Positions 54,407 to 64,000 of a stretch of DNA of 64,000 bases are shown in pieces; the stretch's first letter is position 1; each line of letters opens with the position of its first letter. This stretch comes from an uncultured Alphaproteobacteria bacterium (GTDB lineage Bacteria > Pseudomonadota > Alphaproteobacteria > 43-37 > CAWALT01): positions 340,710 to 404,709 of the forward strand of contig CAWALT010000002.1 of assembly GCA_963782975.1 (NCBI GenBank). The letters are read 5' to 3'. A program made the position numbers and the translations under genes. The notes under the pieces were generated by a model. The model did no database searches and was not told the DNA's origin. It saw only the letters and a list, made by a program, of their open reading frames with translations.

Positions 54407-54415
54407 GAACTTACA

Positions 54416-54640
54416 ATGGCATCCCAATTCTCAAAAATGGATAGGGTTCAACTCCAAGAAGAGTTGTCAAAGTTTAAGCGGGGGTTATTTAACTTGAAGC
54501 TGCAGAAGAGCATGGGCCAATTAGAGCGCCCAACCATCATGAAAGGGGTGCGCCGGGATATTGCGCGCATTAAAACTTTCTTAACCCTCACAAGTGCAGA
54601 CAATGTAAAAAATCAAGGCAAGAGAAAGAAGAAGAGTTAA
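54416..54640 (+). CDS. rpmC: 50S ribosomal protein L29
   Basis: LFNLK and VRRDIARIKT, with position in the S10 operon. Confidence 0.93.
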   Translation: MASQFSKMDRVQLQEELSKFKRGLFNLKLQKSMGQLERPTIMKGVRRDIARIKTFLTLTSADNVKNQGKRKKKS

Positions 54641-54643
54641 AGG

Positions 54644-54901
54644 ATGTCACGTCGAATATTGCAAGGAGTTGTTGAAAGTGCGAAGTGCCCTAAGACTGTT
54701 TCAGTAAAGGTGACAAAGCGCATTATGCATCCTATATACAAGAAGTATATTACGCGCACATCAAAGTATTTGGCTCATGACGAGCATAATTCTTGTGCGC
54801 CAGGGGATGAAGTTCGTATTAGGGAATGCCGTCCTATCTCGAAGCGTAAGTGTTGGGAAGTTCTAGGATCGTCTCAGTCAGCTAAGGAGGTGTCGCAATG
54901 A
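54644..54901 (+). CDS. rpsQ: 30S ribosomal protein S17
   Basis: [12 protein letters not shown] and CRPISKRK. Confidence 0.96.
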   Translation: MSRRILQGVVESAKCPKTVSVKVTKRIMHPIYKKYITRTSKYLAHDEHNSCAPGDEVRIRECRPISKRKCWEVLGSSQSAKEVSQ

Positions 54902-55266
54902 TCCAGATGCAATCAAATTTAGATGTTGCTGATAATTCTGGTGCAAAGCTCCTTCAATGTATAAAAGTGCTAGGGGGGTCTAAGAGACGTTTTGCCTCTG
55001 TTGGCGACGTAATTGTGGTATCTATTAAAGATGCCATCCCGAAAGGGCGCGTGAAAAAAGGAGATGTTCATCGTGCTGTGATTGTGCGTACAGCGAAAGA
55101 AACATTTCGTCCCGATGGTACTTCTATCCGTTTTGATCGTAATGCAGCGGTTCTTATTAATAAACAAGGCGAGCCTATTGGTACACGTATTTTTGGCCCT
55201 GTTACACGTGAATTGCGGGCAAAAAATTTCATGAAAATTGTATCGTTAGCGCCTGAGGTAATTTAA
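54898..55266 (+). CDS. rplN: 50S ribosomal protein L14
   Basis: VADNSGAK and GTRIFGPV. Confidence 0.98.
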   Translation: MIQMQSNLDVADNSGAKLLQCIKVLGGSKRRFASVGDVIVVSIKDAIPKGRVKKGDVHRAVIVRTAKETFRPDGTSIRFDRNAAVLINKQGEPIGTRIFGPVTRELRAKNFMKIVSLAPEVI

Positions 55267-55270
55267 GGTA

Positions 55271-55591
55271 ATGGCAATGAAGAAGTGGCGAATTAAAAAG
55301 GGTGATAAGGTATGTCTTATCAGCGGAGATGATAAGGGGAAGACTGGAACGGTTTTGCGTGTCCTTCGTAAGGAAGAGCGTGTTGTTGTGCAGGGGGTTA
55401 ACGTGCATAAGAAACATCAAAAGCCGTCTCCTGGTAAGCCTGGAGGTATAGTAGAAAAGGAGTTACCTGTCCATGTCTCGAACATTATGATAGTGGATGC
55501 CGAAACAGGACATCCTACAAGAATAGGAATTGAGACATTAGAAGATGGCTCTCGGGTGCGAGTGTCAAGAAGATCGGGTGCGCGAATTTAA
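55271..55591 (+). CDS. rplX: 50S ribosomal protein L24
   Basis: IKKGDKV...GDDKGK KOW motif and HVSNI. Confidence 0.96.
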   Translation: MAMKKWRIKKGDKVCLISGDDKGKTGTVLRVLRKEERVVVQGVNVHKKHQKPSPGKPGGIVEKELPVHVSNIMIVDAETGHPTRIGIETLEDGSRVRVSRRSGARI

Positions 55592-55608
55592 TAGGTTTTT
55601 GGAAGAAA

Positions 55609-56151
55609 ATGATGGCTAGATTGTATGAAGTATATAAAAATAAAATAATTCCAAAGTTTTTGGAAGATTATGGGTACAAGAATCCATTAGCCGTGCCGAA
55701 AATTGAAAAGATCGTACTTAATATGGGTGTTGGGGAAGCGACACGTGATAGTAAGGTCTTGGATAAGGCATTAGAAGATTTAATGTTAATAGCGGGTCAA
55801 CGTCCTGTCCGAACCTTGGCAAAGAAATCCATCGCAGGCTTTAAAGTGCGGCAAGGAATGAGCTTAGGGGTTAAAGTAACATTGAGGCGGGTAAAAATGT
55901 ATGAATTTCTTGACCGCCTCGTTAATATTGCACTTCCTCGAATAAAAGACTTTAGAGGCTTGTCATCTAAAAGCTTTGATGGTAATGGTAACTACGCGCT
56001 GGGTATAAAGGAGCAGATCGTTTTCCCAGAAATTAATTATGATAAAATAGATCGGGTTCGTGGATTAGATGTTTGTATTGTAACATCGGCTAAAGAAGAT
56101 CAAGAAGCGAAAAAGTTACTGACCGAATTTAATATGCCATTTGTAAATTAA
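55609..56151 (+). CDS. rplE: 50S ribosomal protein L5
   Basis: [16 protein letters not shown] and EQIVFPEI. Confidence 0.97.
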   Translation: MMARLYEVYKNKIIPKFLEDYGYKNPLAVPKIEKIVLNMGVGEATRDSKVLDKALEDLMLIAGQRPVRTLAKKSIAGFKVRQGMSLGVKVTLRRVKMYEFLDRLVNIALPRIKDFRGLSSKSFDGNGNYALGIKEQIVFPEINYDKIDRVRGLDVCIVTSAKEDQEAKKLLTEFNMPFVN

Positions 56152-56161
56152 AAGGGATATC

Positions 56162-56467
56162 ATGTCTAAAGTTTGTATGGTTGAAAGAAATAAGCACAGG
56201 GAAAGGTTGGCTAAGCGATTTTCTAAGAAGCGTGAGGCGCTTAAGTCTATAATAAAAGACGCCAACACTCCTGCGGAGGAACGCTTTTCTGCGGTTGTCA
56301 AGCTTTCAAAATTGCCTCGGAACAGTTCAAAAGGCCGTATTAAGCATCGGTGTGCTTTTTCAGGGCGTGGCCGGGGAAATATTCGCCGATACGGTGTGTC
56401 GCGCATTTATTTTAGAGAAATGGCCTTATTTGGAATGATTCCAGGAATAACAAAGTCAAGTTGGTAA
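56162..56467 (+). CDS. rpsN: 30S ribosomal protein S14 (long, Zn-free type)
   Basis: 101 aa, with LPRNSS, RC..SGR.RG and PGITKSSW. Confidence 0.97.
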   Translation: MSKVCMVERNKHRERLAKRFSKKREALKSIIKDANTPAEERFSAVVKLSKLPRNSSKGRIKHRCAFSGRGRGNIRRYGVSRIYFREMALFGMIPGITKSSW

Positions 56468-56473
56468 GAAGCA

Positions 56474-56872
56474 ATGTCGTTCAGTGATCCGATAGGTGAT
56501 TTAATAACAAGAATTCGTAATGGTCTTGCGGTTGGTAAAGCACAGGTTGTTGCGCCTTATTCAAAAATAAAAGATAATATCCTCCGGGTTTTAAAAGAGG
56601 AGGGGTATATTCGCGGTTTTGAAGTGCGGTTGGTGCGGCCTCAAGTTAAAGAAGTAATCGTTGATTTAAAATATTATGAGGGAAAGCCCGTTATCGCTAA
56701 AATACGTCGTGTGTCAAAGCCAGGACGTCGTGTTTATTTTGGGGTTAAGGCCATGCCTAAGGTTTCAAATGGTTTGGGTATGTCTATTATTTCTACTTCC
56801 ACTGGTATCGTTTCCGATATAGAGGCGCGCAAGCGAGGGATCGGTGGCGAAGTAATTTGTGAGTTATATTGA
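56474..56872 (+). CDS. rpsH: 30S ribosomal protein S8
   Basis: DPIGDLITRIRN, SKPGRRVY and IISTSTG. Confidence 0.97.
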   Translation: MSFSDPIGDLITRIRNGLAVGKAQVVAPYSKIKDNILRVLKEEGYIRGFEVRLVRPQVKEVIVDLKYYEGKPVIAKIRRVSKPGRRVYFGVKAMPKVSNGLGMSIISTSTGIVSDIEARKRGIGGEVICELY

Positions 56873-56881
56873 GGTAAAAAT

Positions 56882-57415
56882 ATGTCGAGAGTTGGAATAT
56901 TGCCCATTACAATTCCTGCGGGTGTTAGTGTTTCCATCACCTCTAGGGTGTTAACAGTTAAGGGCAAGCTTGGGGAGATGTCTCAAAAAATTCCTGAAAA
57001 CATTACGGTGGAACAGAAAGATAACCAGATTCTTTTAGCGCCCAATGATAAGCTCAAAGCAACCCGTATGATGTGGGGGACCTTAAGAAGTATTATCAAT
57101 AATCTGGTCAAGGGTGTGAATGAAGGTTTTACCAAGGTGCTAGAAATTAACGGGGTTGGGTACCGTGCCCAAGTTCAGGGCCAGGATCTTGTATTAAATC
57201 TTGGGTTTAGCCATGAAGTGAGGTTTCCCATTGCTCCCGATATTGATGTTAAGTGCGAAAAACCCACTTTAATAAAAATTTCAGGGAAAGATTATCAGCG
57301 CGTTGGGCAAGTAGCTGCTGAGATTCGCTCTTATCGTTTGCCAGAGCCTTATAAAGGTAAAGGAATTCGGGTTGATAATGAATATGTTGAACGCAAAGAA
57401 GGTAAGAAGAAATAG
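56882..57415 (+). CDS. rplF: 50S ribosomal protein L6
   Basis: MSRVG and PEPYKGKGI. Confidence 0.97.
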   Translation: MSRVGILPITIPAGVSVSITSRVLTVKGKLGEMSQKIPENITVEQKDNQILLAPNDKLKATRMMWGTLRSIINNLVKGVNEGFTKVLEINGVGYRAQVQGQDLVLNLGFSHEVRFPIAPDIDVKCEKPTLIKISGKDYQRVGQVAAEIRSYRLPEPYKGKGIRVDNEYVERKEGKKK

Positions 57416-57417
57416 CC

Positions 57418-57783
57418 ATGTTGGATAAAGCAAAGCTTTTTGACCGGCGTAAAAGGCGTGTTCGCTATAAAGTGAAAAAATTAGCAAGGGGCAAGCCACG
57501 TTTAAGCGTTTTTCGGTCGAATGCTCACATTTACGCTCAAGTTATTGACGATCAGGTGGGGAGGACTCTCGCTTCGGCTTCCACCGTTGACAAAGATCTC
57601 AAAGGCAAAATAAAAGTTAGTAGTAATAAAGAAGCGGCATCAGCTGTGGGAGCATTATTAGCTAAGCGCGCAAAAGAGGCGGGCATTACAGGCAAGATTG
57701 CTTTTGATAGAGGCGGCTATCTTTTTCACGGTCGCGTCAAAGCTTTAGCAGAAGCAGCATTAAAAAATGGAATGGATTTTTAA
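57418..57783 (+). CDS. rplR: 50S ribosomal protein L18
   Basis: [14 protein letters not shown] and [16 protein letters not shown]. Confidence 0.97.
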   Translation: MLDKAKLFDRRKRRVRYKVKKLARGKPRLSVFRSNAHIYAQVIDDQVGRTLASASTVDKDLKGKIKVSSNKEAASAVGALLAKRAKEAGITGKIAFDRGGYLFHGRVKALAEAALKNGMDF

Positions 57784-57799
57784 AAGAGGATTGGAATAA

Positions 57800-58354
57800 A
57801 TGTCACGTAAAAACGCAAAAGAGCGCCAGTTGCGGGAAGATGCAGGCTACATTGAAAAGCTCGTGCAAATAAGGCGTGTGGCGAAGGTCGTAAAAGGGGG
57901 GAAGAAATTCCGTTTTTCTGCTTTTGTAGTCGTAGGTGATGGGCGTGGCCGAGCTGGGCATGGCTTGGGGAAAGCCCGCGAAGTTCCAGACGCTGTTCGT
58001 AAGGCCGCTGAGCAAGCTAAGCTCAATATGCTAAAGTTTCCTTTGCGTGAGGGACGTACGACACATCATGATGTGGCTGGGCATTTTGGAGCTGGTAAGG
58101 TTATTATTCGTTCCGCGCCTCCAGGTACAGGTATTATTGCTGGGGGTCCTATGCGCGCGGTTTTTGAAGCATTAGGGGTTCAGGATGTCGTTGGAAAGTC
58201 CTTGGGGTCTTCTAACCCACATAACATGGTACGAGCAACCTTTGATGCCTTATCAAGTAGCTTTTCACCCAGGCATGTTGCTAATAAATTGAGTAAGAAA
58301 ATTAGCGAGATTATAAGCAGACGAGATGGTAAATCAAGTGAGGCGCGTTTATGA
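57800..58354 (+). CDS. rpsE: 30S ribosomal protein S5
   Basis: KVVKGG and GTGIIAGG. Confidence 0.97.
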   Translation: MSRKNAKERQLREDAGYIEKLVQIRRVAKVVKGGKKFRFSAFVVVGDGRGRAGHGLGKAREVPDAVRKAAEQAKLNMLKFPLREGRTTHHDVAGHFGAGKVIIRSAPPGTGIIAGGPMRAVFEALGVQDVVGKSLGSSNPHNMVRATFDALSSSFSPRHVANKLSKKISEIISRRDGKSSEARL

Positions 58355-58536
58355 AGGGAATACAAAAAGTGACCGTAAGGCAAGTGAAAAGCCCTATTCG
58401 TCGTCAGCGTTATCAAGAAGAGTGCTTGAAGGGCTTAGGATTAAACAAGCTCCATAGAATAAAAACGCTTGAAGCAACCCCAAGTGTGATGGGCTTAATT
58501 AATAAAATAAAACATTTAATCGAAATTGTGGAATAG
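58351..58536 (+). CDS. rpmD: 50S ribosomal protein L30
   Basis: QVKSPI and LGLNK, between rpsE and rplO. Confidence 0.93.
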   Translation: MKGIQKVTVRQVKSPIRRQRYQEECLKGLGLNKLHRIKTLEATPSVMGLINKIKHLIEIVE

Positions 58537-58546
58537 TGATCTAAAT

Positions 58547-59017
58547 ATGAAGCTTAATGAAATAAGAGATAAGCATGGCTCGCGGACAAGCCGCAAGCGT
58601 GTAGGGCGAGGAATAGGTTCCGGATTAGGTAAAACTGCTGGGGCGGGCCACAAAGGGCAGAAAGCACGACGTGGTGTAGCCTTAAAAGGATTTGAGGGTG
58701 GCCAAATGCCACTTTATATGCGCCTTCCCATGCGTGGTTTTAAAAATTTTCTTGCTGTAAAACCTTCTATCGTGAATACAGGGCAACTTCAGCAGTATAT
58801 TCATGCTGGTAAGCTTGCGAAAAATCAGCATGTAACGGTGGCAGATTTTTTAAAAGTAGGAATCATCTCTAAGATGGAAGGGGGGATTAAGCTACTTGCT
58901 AAAGGGGAAATTACAGATCCTCTTACCTTAGAAGTTCACTCGGCTTCCAAAGCAGCACAAGAGGCTATCACGAAAGCTGGTGGAAAGATTTCTTTCGTTC
59001 CTTCCAAAAATAAATAA
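58547..59017 (+). CDS. rplO: 50S ribosomal protein L15
   Basis: RVGRGIGSGLGKTAG and GFEGGQMPL. Start moved to ATG 58547. Confidence 0.97.
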   Translation: MKLNEIRDKHGSRTSRKRVGRGIGSGLGKTAGAGHKGQKARRGVALKGFEGGQMPLYMRLPMRGFKNFLAVKPSIVNTGQLQQYIHAGKLAKNQHVTVADFLKVGIISKMEGGIKLLAKGEITDPLTLEVHSASKAAQEAITKAGGKISFVPSKNK

Positions 59018-59061
59018 AATTGCGATTCTTAATGAGTAAAATAGGTTGAATAAGGAAGAAA

Positions 59062-60414
59062 ATGACATCGGCAGCTGAGTTACTCGCATCCAATATTAAT
59101 TTAAAAGCTTTTACAAAGGCAGAAGACCTTAAAAAGCGCTTGTGGTTTACTTTAGGTGCTTTGATAATTTATCGATTAGGTACTTATATTCCTTTGCCTG
59201 GCATTGACCCGGCGGCTATGGCAGAATTAGCGCGACAGCATAGCACAGGTATTCTCGGCATGTTTGATATGTTTTCAGGGGGTGCTTTAAGCCGCATGAC
59301 AATCTTTGCGTTAAATATCATGCCATATATCTCGGCAAGCATTATCATGCAGCTTATGACAGCGGTTTCGCCTCAACTTGAAGCTCTTAAAAAAGAGGGA
59401 GAATCAGGCCGAAAGAAGATTAACCAATACACACGTTACGGAACTGTATTGTTATCTTCGATTCAAGCTTATGTCATTGTTTCGAACCTTCCTAATATGG
59501 GTGCTGGAGTTATCCAACCGGTGATGAATCCTGGGCCTTTTTTTATAGCAATAGCCGTAACGACGCTTATAGGTGGTACGTTATTTTTGATGTGGTTAGG
59601 TGAGCAGATAACTTCAAGAGGGATCGGCAATGGCATCTCTCTTCTTATTTTCTCTGGTATCGTGGCCAGTATTCCCTCTGCTATTGTTAAAACGTTGGAG
59701 CTAAGTCGTCAGGGTGCTATTTCTTTCTTCTTTTTGACCTTCTTGGTCGGGATGATTGTCAGTGTCATTGCGTTCTTGGTTTTTATGGAGCGTTCTCATC
59801 GACGGGTACAAATCCAGTATCCCAAACGTCAAATCTCGGGCGGGCGCATGGTTTCTGGTGATTATAGTCATATGCCGCTTAAACTAAACTCGGCAGGTGT
59901 GATTCCTCCTATCTTTGCGAACTCTTTGCTGCTGCTCCCTGTTACAATAGTTGGCTTCACCTCTGCTAAGTTGGAAGGTGGTTGGCTTGTTGATTTAGCA
60001 GGACAATTAACTCTAGGTAGACCTTTGCATACAGCCCTTTATGTTTTATTGATTGTTTTTTTCTGCTTTTTTTATACGGCACTGATGTTTAACCCTGAAG
60101 AAACGGCTGAGAATTTAAGAAAAAATGGTGGCTTTGTACCTGGTATCCGCCCAGGGAAAAGTACGGTTGAGTTTTTTGACTATGTGTTAACGCGTATAAC
60201 TGTCATCGGAGCCGCTTATGTATCGGCTATTTGTATTCTTCCTGGCATCTTAACGTATTATATGGGGGTTCCTTTCTTTTTTGGAGGGACAAGCTTATTA
60301 ATCGTCGTAAGTGTGACATTGGATACGACAGCTCAAGTTCATTCGCATCTAGTGGTGCATCAATATGAGGGGCTGATGAAGAAAGTTGGAATGAAAGGCG
60401 GGCGGCTTAGGTAA
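59062..60414 (+). CDS. secY: Preprotein translocase subunit SecY
   Basis: IFALNIMPYISASII, GIGNGISL, AGVIPPIFA and GGTSLLIVV. Confidence 0.98.
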   Translation: MTSAAELLASNINLKAFTKAEDLKKRLWFTLGALIIYRLGTYIPLPGIDPAAMAELARQHSTGILGMFDMFSGGALSRMTIFALNIMPYISASIIMQLMTAVSPQLEALKKEGESGRKKINQYTRYGTVLLSSIQAYVIVSNLPNMGAGVIQPVMNPGPFFIAIAVTTLIGGTLFLMWLGEQITSRGIGNGISLLIFSGIVASIPSAIVKTLELSRQGAISFFFLTFLVGMIVSVIAFLVFMERSHRRVQIQYPKRQISGGRMVSGDYSHMPLKLNSAGVIPPIFANSLLLLPVTIVGFTSAKLEGGWLVDLAGQLTLGRPLHTALYVLLIVFFCFFYTALMFNPEETAENLRKNGGFVPGIRPGKSTVEFFDYVLTRITVIGAAYVSAICILPGILTYYMGVPFFFGGTSLLIVVSVTLDTTAQVHSHLVVHQYEGLMKKVGMKGGRLR

Positions 60415-60415
60415 A

Positions 60416-61072
60416 ATGAATATTGTTTTTTTAGGCCCTCCAGGAGCTGGTAAAGGCACTCAAGCGCAGATGCTAAAGGAGTGTTTTGGTTTTACTCATA
60501 TCTCTACTGGTGATTTATTGCGTGAGGAGACGTCTAAGGGGAGTGAACTAGGCCAGAACATTAAGAAATTGATTGATGCAGGTTCTTTTGTGCCGGATGA
60601 TTTAATTATAAAGTTGTTGATTAAAAGTATAGAACCTATTATAAAGCAAAATGGAAGCATTGTATTAGACGGGTTTCCGCGGAATATAGAGCAGGCTGAG
60701 GCTCTAGAAGGTATATTTCAACAGAAAAATATTACCATCGATCATGTCTTTGCCTTTGAAGTAGATGAGCAGACATTGTTGCGGCGGATTACAGGCCGCT
60801 ATATGTGTAAAATGTGTAAAACTGGGTATCATGATGAGTATCATCCAACTAGAAAAGAAGGTGTTTGTGATATTTGTGGCTCGACATCTTTTACCCGACG
60901 CGCAGATGATAAGGAGGAGGTCGTAAGATCTCGTCTAGACATTTATAAAAAAGAAACAAAGCCTGTGGTTCCTTATTATGCTCATAAAGGCATTTTAAGT
61001 TCTGTTGATGGAATGGCGGATATAGATAAAGTATCAGCCCAAATAAAGAATATTATTAGAGCAAGCAGTTGA
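60416..61072 (+). CDS. adk: Adenylate kinase with Zn-type LID
   Basis: GPPGAGKGT, LDGFPR and a C-x2-C-x16-C-x2-C LID. Confidence 0.97.
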   Translation: MNIVFLGPPGAGKGTQAQMLKECFGFTHISTGDLLREETSKGSELGQNIKKLIDAGSFVPDDLIIKLLIKSIEPIIKQNGSIVLDGFPRNIEQAEALEGIFQQKNITIDHVFAFEVDEQTLLRRITGRYMCKMCKTGYHDEYHPTRKEGVCDICGSTSFTRRADDKEEVVRSRLDIYKKETKPVVPYYAHKGILSSVDGMADIDKVSAQIKNIIRASS

Positions 61073-61084
61073 AGGAGAATTAAT

Positions 61085-61456
61085 GTGGCGCGAATAGCAG
61101 GTGTCAATATTCCCACTAACAAACGAGTGGTTATCGCATTGACATATGTGCATGGAATCGGATTGAAAATCTCTAGGGATATCTTAGCGCAAGCTTCTGT
61201 TTCTGAAGATCGTCGGGTTAATGAATTAACGGAAGATGAGATTATGAAAATTCGTGAGATTATCGATGCTCACTATAAAGTAGAGGGTGATTTGCGTCGT
61301 GAAGTGTCCATGAATGTAAAGCGTCTCATGGATTTGGGATGTTTTCGTGGTATTCGCCATCGGAAAAGGTTACCTGTCCGTGGGCAGAGGACTCATACAA
61401 ATGCTCGGACTCGGCGAGGTCCAGCTCTCCCCATTGCAGGCAAGAAGAAAACTTAG
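61085..61456 (+). CDS. rpsM: 30S ribosomal protein S13
   Basis: GTG start, ARIAGVNIP and [12 protein letters not shown]. Confidence 0.98.
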   Translation: MARIAGVNIPTNKRVVIALTYVHGIGLKISRDILAQASVSEDRRVNELTEDEIMKIREIIDAHYKVEGDLRREVSMNVKRLMDLGCFRGIRHRKRLPVRGQRTHTNARTRRGPALPIAGKKKT

Positions 61457-61465
61457 TAGGTAAAA

Positions 61466-61858
61466 ATGGCAAAAGCATCAGCACCACGATTAAAAAAACG
61501 TGAGAAGAAGAATATTATCTCAGGTATTGCTCATATAAGCGCAACCTTTAATAATACCCTTGTTACCATTACAGATGTTCAGGGAAATACCATTTCCTGG
61601 TCGTCCTCCGGTTCTATGGGGTTTAAGGGGTCGCGTAAGTCAACGCCTTTTGCTGCTCAGATGGCGGCTGAAGATGCGGGGAAAAAGGCGCAAGAGCATG
61701 GGATGAAAAGTTTAGATATTTATGTCAAGGGTCCTGGATCGGGTCGTGAATCGGCGTTGAGAGCTTTGCAGACAGTGGGTTTTGCTATTAAAACGATTAA
61801 AGACGTCACCCCTGTGCCACATAATGGGTGTCGTCCGCCAAAGAAACGTCGAGTGTAA
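61466..61858 (+). CDS. rpsK: 30S ribosomal protein S11
   Basis: TFNNT and [18 protein letters not shown]. Confidence 0.98.
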   Translation: MAKASAPRLKKREKKNIISGIAHISATFNNTLVTITDVQGNTISWSSSGSMGFKGSRKSTPFAAQMAAEDAGKKAQEHGMKSLDIYVKGPGSGRESALRALQTVGFAIKTIKDVTPVPHNGCRPPKKRRV

Positions 61859-61885
61859 TCTTTTTTAATTAATTGGGGTAGTGCG

Positions 61886-62905
61886 GTGATTCAAAAAAAT
61901 TGGCAGGCATTAATCAAGCCTTATAAATTAGAGATTGTTCCTGGTAAAGACCCAAGGAAAGAGGCAACGGTCATTGCTGAGCCGTTGGAAAGGGGTTATG
62001 GCTTAACCCTCGGGAACGCCTTACGTAGGGTGCTTTTGTCTTCCCTTCAAGGAGCTGCGGTTACATCCGTTCACATTGATGGTGTTTTACATGAATTTTC
62101 TACCATTCCGGGTGTACGTGAAGATGTCACGGATATTATTCTTAACCTTAAATCTCTTGCTTTAAAGGTGCAGGCAGAAGGTCAAAAGAAAATTTATTTA
62201 AAGGCAAATAAGCCAGGGCAGGTATATGCCGGAAGCATCGAAACAGATTCTTCGGTAGAGATTATTAATAAAGACTTGCTTATTTGTACACTTGACAAGA
62301 ATGCTAACGTTCAAATGGAAATTTCTGTCGATACAGGTAAGGGGTACGTTCCATCTTCACAAAATAAAAGTGAAGATGCTCCCATTGGCTATTTTCCTAT
62401 TGATGCTATTTATACACCCGTGGAGAAGGTCGCCTATAAGGTTGAACATACACGTGTTGGTCAAGTAACCAACTACGATAAGTTGATTATGGAAATTCGC
62501 ACCAATGGTTCGCTCTCGCCTGAAGATGCTATTGCGTTATCAGCGCGAATTTTACAAGATCAGCTTCAACCGTTTATTAATTTCGAAGAACCGGCGAGTG
62601 AAGAAGAGAAAAAAGAAGATAATGAGTTGCCTTTCAACAAGCATCTTCTTTGTCGTGTGGACGAGCTCGAATTATCTGTTCGCTCAGCGAATTGCTTGAA
62701 AAATGAAAATATTGTTTATATCGGTGATTTGGTCCAGAAAACGGAAAATGAGATGTTGCGGACCCCTAATTTTGGTCGTAAATCTTTAAATGAGATTAAA
62801 GAAATATTGGGGCAAATGGGGCTTCATTTTGGTATGATGGTGGAGAATTGGCCACCTGAAAATATTGAAGACTTAGCAAAAAAAATTGAAGAACCTTATT
62901 GCTAA
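61886..62905 (+). CDS. rpoA: RNA polymerase alpha subunit
   Basis: GTG start, [17 protein letters not shown] and [11 protein letters not shown]. Confidence 0.98.
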   Translation: MIQKNWQALIKPYKLEIVPGKDPRKEATVIAEPLERGYGLTLGNALRRVLLSSLQGAAVTSVHIDGVLHEFSTIPGVREDVTDIILNLKSLALKVQAEGQKKIYLKANKPGQVYAGSIETDSSVEIINKDLLICTLDKNANVQMEISVDTGKGYVPSSQNKSEDAPIGYFPIDAIYTPVEKVAYKVEHTRVGQVTNYDKLIMEIRTNGSLSPEDAIALSARILQDQLQPFINFEEPASEEEKKEDNELPFNKHLLCRVDELELSVRSANCLKNENIVYIGDLVQKTENEMLRTPNFGRKSLNEIKEILGQMGLHFGMMVENWPPENIEDLAKKIEEPYC

Positions 62906-62932
62906 CTTATAATTGTTAAAGGAGTTTGTGAG

Positions 62933-63424
62933 ATGCGTCATGGCGTTTCAGGGCGTAAATTTGGTCGAGATAGTGGCAAGCGTCGTGCTTTGTTTGTGAA
63001 TTTAGCGGAATCTTTAATCCAATACGAACAAATAAAAACGACTCTCGCCAAGGCAAAAGATTTACGTCCTATTGTAGAAAAAATGGTCACCACAGGTAAG
63101 CAAGGTGGATTGGCTGCACGTAGGAAGCTATTACAAGTAACGCGTAGTAAAAATGTCGTAGATAAGCTACTTAATGTATTGGGGGATCGTTATAAACAAC
63201 GCCCAGGTGGGTATACACGCATCATCAAAGCTGGGTATCGTTCGGGTGACATGGCACCTATGGCCTTCATTGAGTTTGTAGAAAGGGATGCGGCGGCTAA
63301 GAATTCTGGCAGTGGGTCACCCACAGTTGCTGCTGCTGAGCCGAAGAAAGCCACACCTTCTGACACAAAAGCTAAGAAGACTAAGCAAGGAAGCGAAGAG
63401 AAGAAAAAGGCGCGAGCTTCCTAG
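62933..63424 (+). CDS. rplQ: 50S ribosomal protein L17 with C-terminal low-complexity tail
   Basis: MRHG, IKTTLAKAK and RPGGYTRI, followed by about 40 aa of Lys/Ala/Ser-rich tail. Confidence 0.97.
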   Translation: MRHGVSGRKFGRDSGKRRALFVNLAESLIQYEQIKTTLAKAKDLRPIVEKMVTTGKQGGLAARRKLLQVTRSKNVVDKLLNVLGDRYKQRPGGYTRIIKAGYRSGDMAPMAFIEFVERDAAAKNSGSGSPTVAAAEPKKATPSDTKAKKTKQGSEEKKKARAS

Positions 63425-63616
63425 GAGAGACGTGAGCACGCTTATAGCATGGGCTATGGCCTTGCTAAGACTCTAGGGACTAAATACCGTTTTTTCATAG
63501 TGTCTGCCTGACACAAACGCGTGGCAATTTCTTTTATCTTTTTATGATGTTAGAGGCCTGCCGTTAAGGAATCGATTGTAGAGGTGGATCCAAGCGAGAT
63601 AGGGTTAGAGGCGACG

Positions 63617-63651
63617 AAAGGCTCCTTTAGTTAAAGGCTCCTTTAGTTAAA
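63617..63651. repeat. Perfect 16-bp tandem duplication (AAAGGCTCCTTTAGTT x2 + AAA)
   Basis: Read directly from the sequence. Each unit contains the inverted repeat AAAGG-CT-CCTTT. Confidence 0.9.
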
Positions 63652-63855
63652 AGTAGCCTGAATACCTGCACTTTTAATAACAGAGTTAAATTCATGCTTT
63701 ACTTTAAGAGAATTAAGCGTCGAGATATATCTTGTTCTTTCTTCGCGTGATATTCTTTTGACGGGGCATCGCGATGCCTTCTAAAAAATCGCAAGCTTTT
63801 ACTGAGATATGCTTACAATTTATTGTATGACGCTGTCCATGTTTTCCTAAGGTTT

Positions 63856-64000
63856 TTACCAAGCGGACGTATTAAATTCTTCCTCTTCACCCCTTTTTAT
63901 ACTTTTTCTCTTAGACACACCTGAGCGAGGCCCTTTTAACTTTCTGTCTGTTAGCGCGCGCGTAGCGTGGCGATCCAACGTTGGAATTGCTTTGGCATTG
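63856..64000 (-). other. Possible 3' end of a CDS entering from beyond the window
   Basis: Open frame of 47 codons (NAKAIPTLDRHATR...EEEEFNTSAW*) ending at TAA 63856-63858. No recognisable motif. Confidence 0.25.

Noticed and set aside
60414-61886. Absence of rpmJ and infA after secY, and of rpsD before rpoA
   Set aside because: This is the normal alphaproteobacterial arrangement, not a loss.
63288-63476. 62-aa alternative-frame ORF overlapping the rplQ tail
   Set aside because: No SD or motif. It is explained by the low-complexity tail sequence.
63617-63651. CRISPR array interpretation of the palindromic repeat
   Set aside because: There are only two 16-bp units, no spacers and no cas genes.
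1-64000. rRNA, tmRNA, RNase P RNA, SRP RNA, IS elements, toxin-antitoxin or anti-phage defence genes
   Set aside because: I saw no diagnostic motifs or unassigned long ORFs. Every ORF over about 130 aa that is not an antisense shadow maps to a known housekeeping family.

Overview
This is an alphaproteobacterial chromosome segment made almost entirely of core genes. The left half (1-33.3 kb) holds a yejABE-type peptide ABC transporter operon led by a membrane-anchored cytochrome c. It continues with kdsB, rpmG, pepA-holC-sixA, an rnd-ndk-DUF2066-CDP-alcohol phosphatidyltransferase-AI-2E-hdaA run and aspS. Next come a putA/thiE/ribokinase metabolic islet, a SPOR-domain D,D-carboxypeptidase, mipZ with a Pam18-like J protein, divK, and rlmB-plsY-dprA-topA-rnr. 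The right half (33.6-63.4 kb) is the contiguous tRNA(Tyr,Gly,Trp)-secE-nusG-rplKAJL-rpoBC-str-S10-spc-alpha superoperon. Diagnostic alphaproteobacterial traits are divK, mipZ and hdaA, adk after secY, and no rpsD in the alpha operon. Several usual neighbours are missing from their customary positions (second tuf, purM/purN, ppk/ppx, pleD, pyrB/pyrC, lptF/lptG). Together with AT-rich spacers and diverged proteins, this suggests a reduced, possibly host-associated lineage, perhaps Holosporales-like. That is inference only, and those genes could lie elsewhere in the genome. I found no rRNA, CRISPR array, integrase, transposase or prophage, and no convincing new multi-gene system. The best leads are a +1 frameshift in yejA, two genes resembling mitochondrial proteins (a CDP-type cardiolipin synthase-like enzyme and a Tim14/Pam18-like J protein), the clean absence of tuf from the tRNA cluster, two decayed or unexplained regions, and unusual substitutions in [13 protein letters not shown] ribosomal protein motifs. 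Family assignments and synteny comparisons come from recalled motifs, not database searches.
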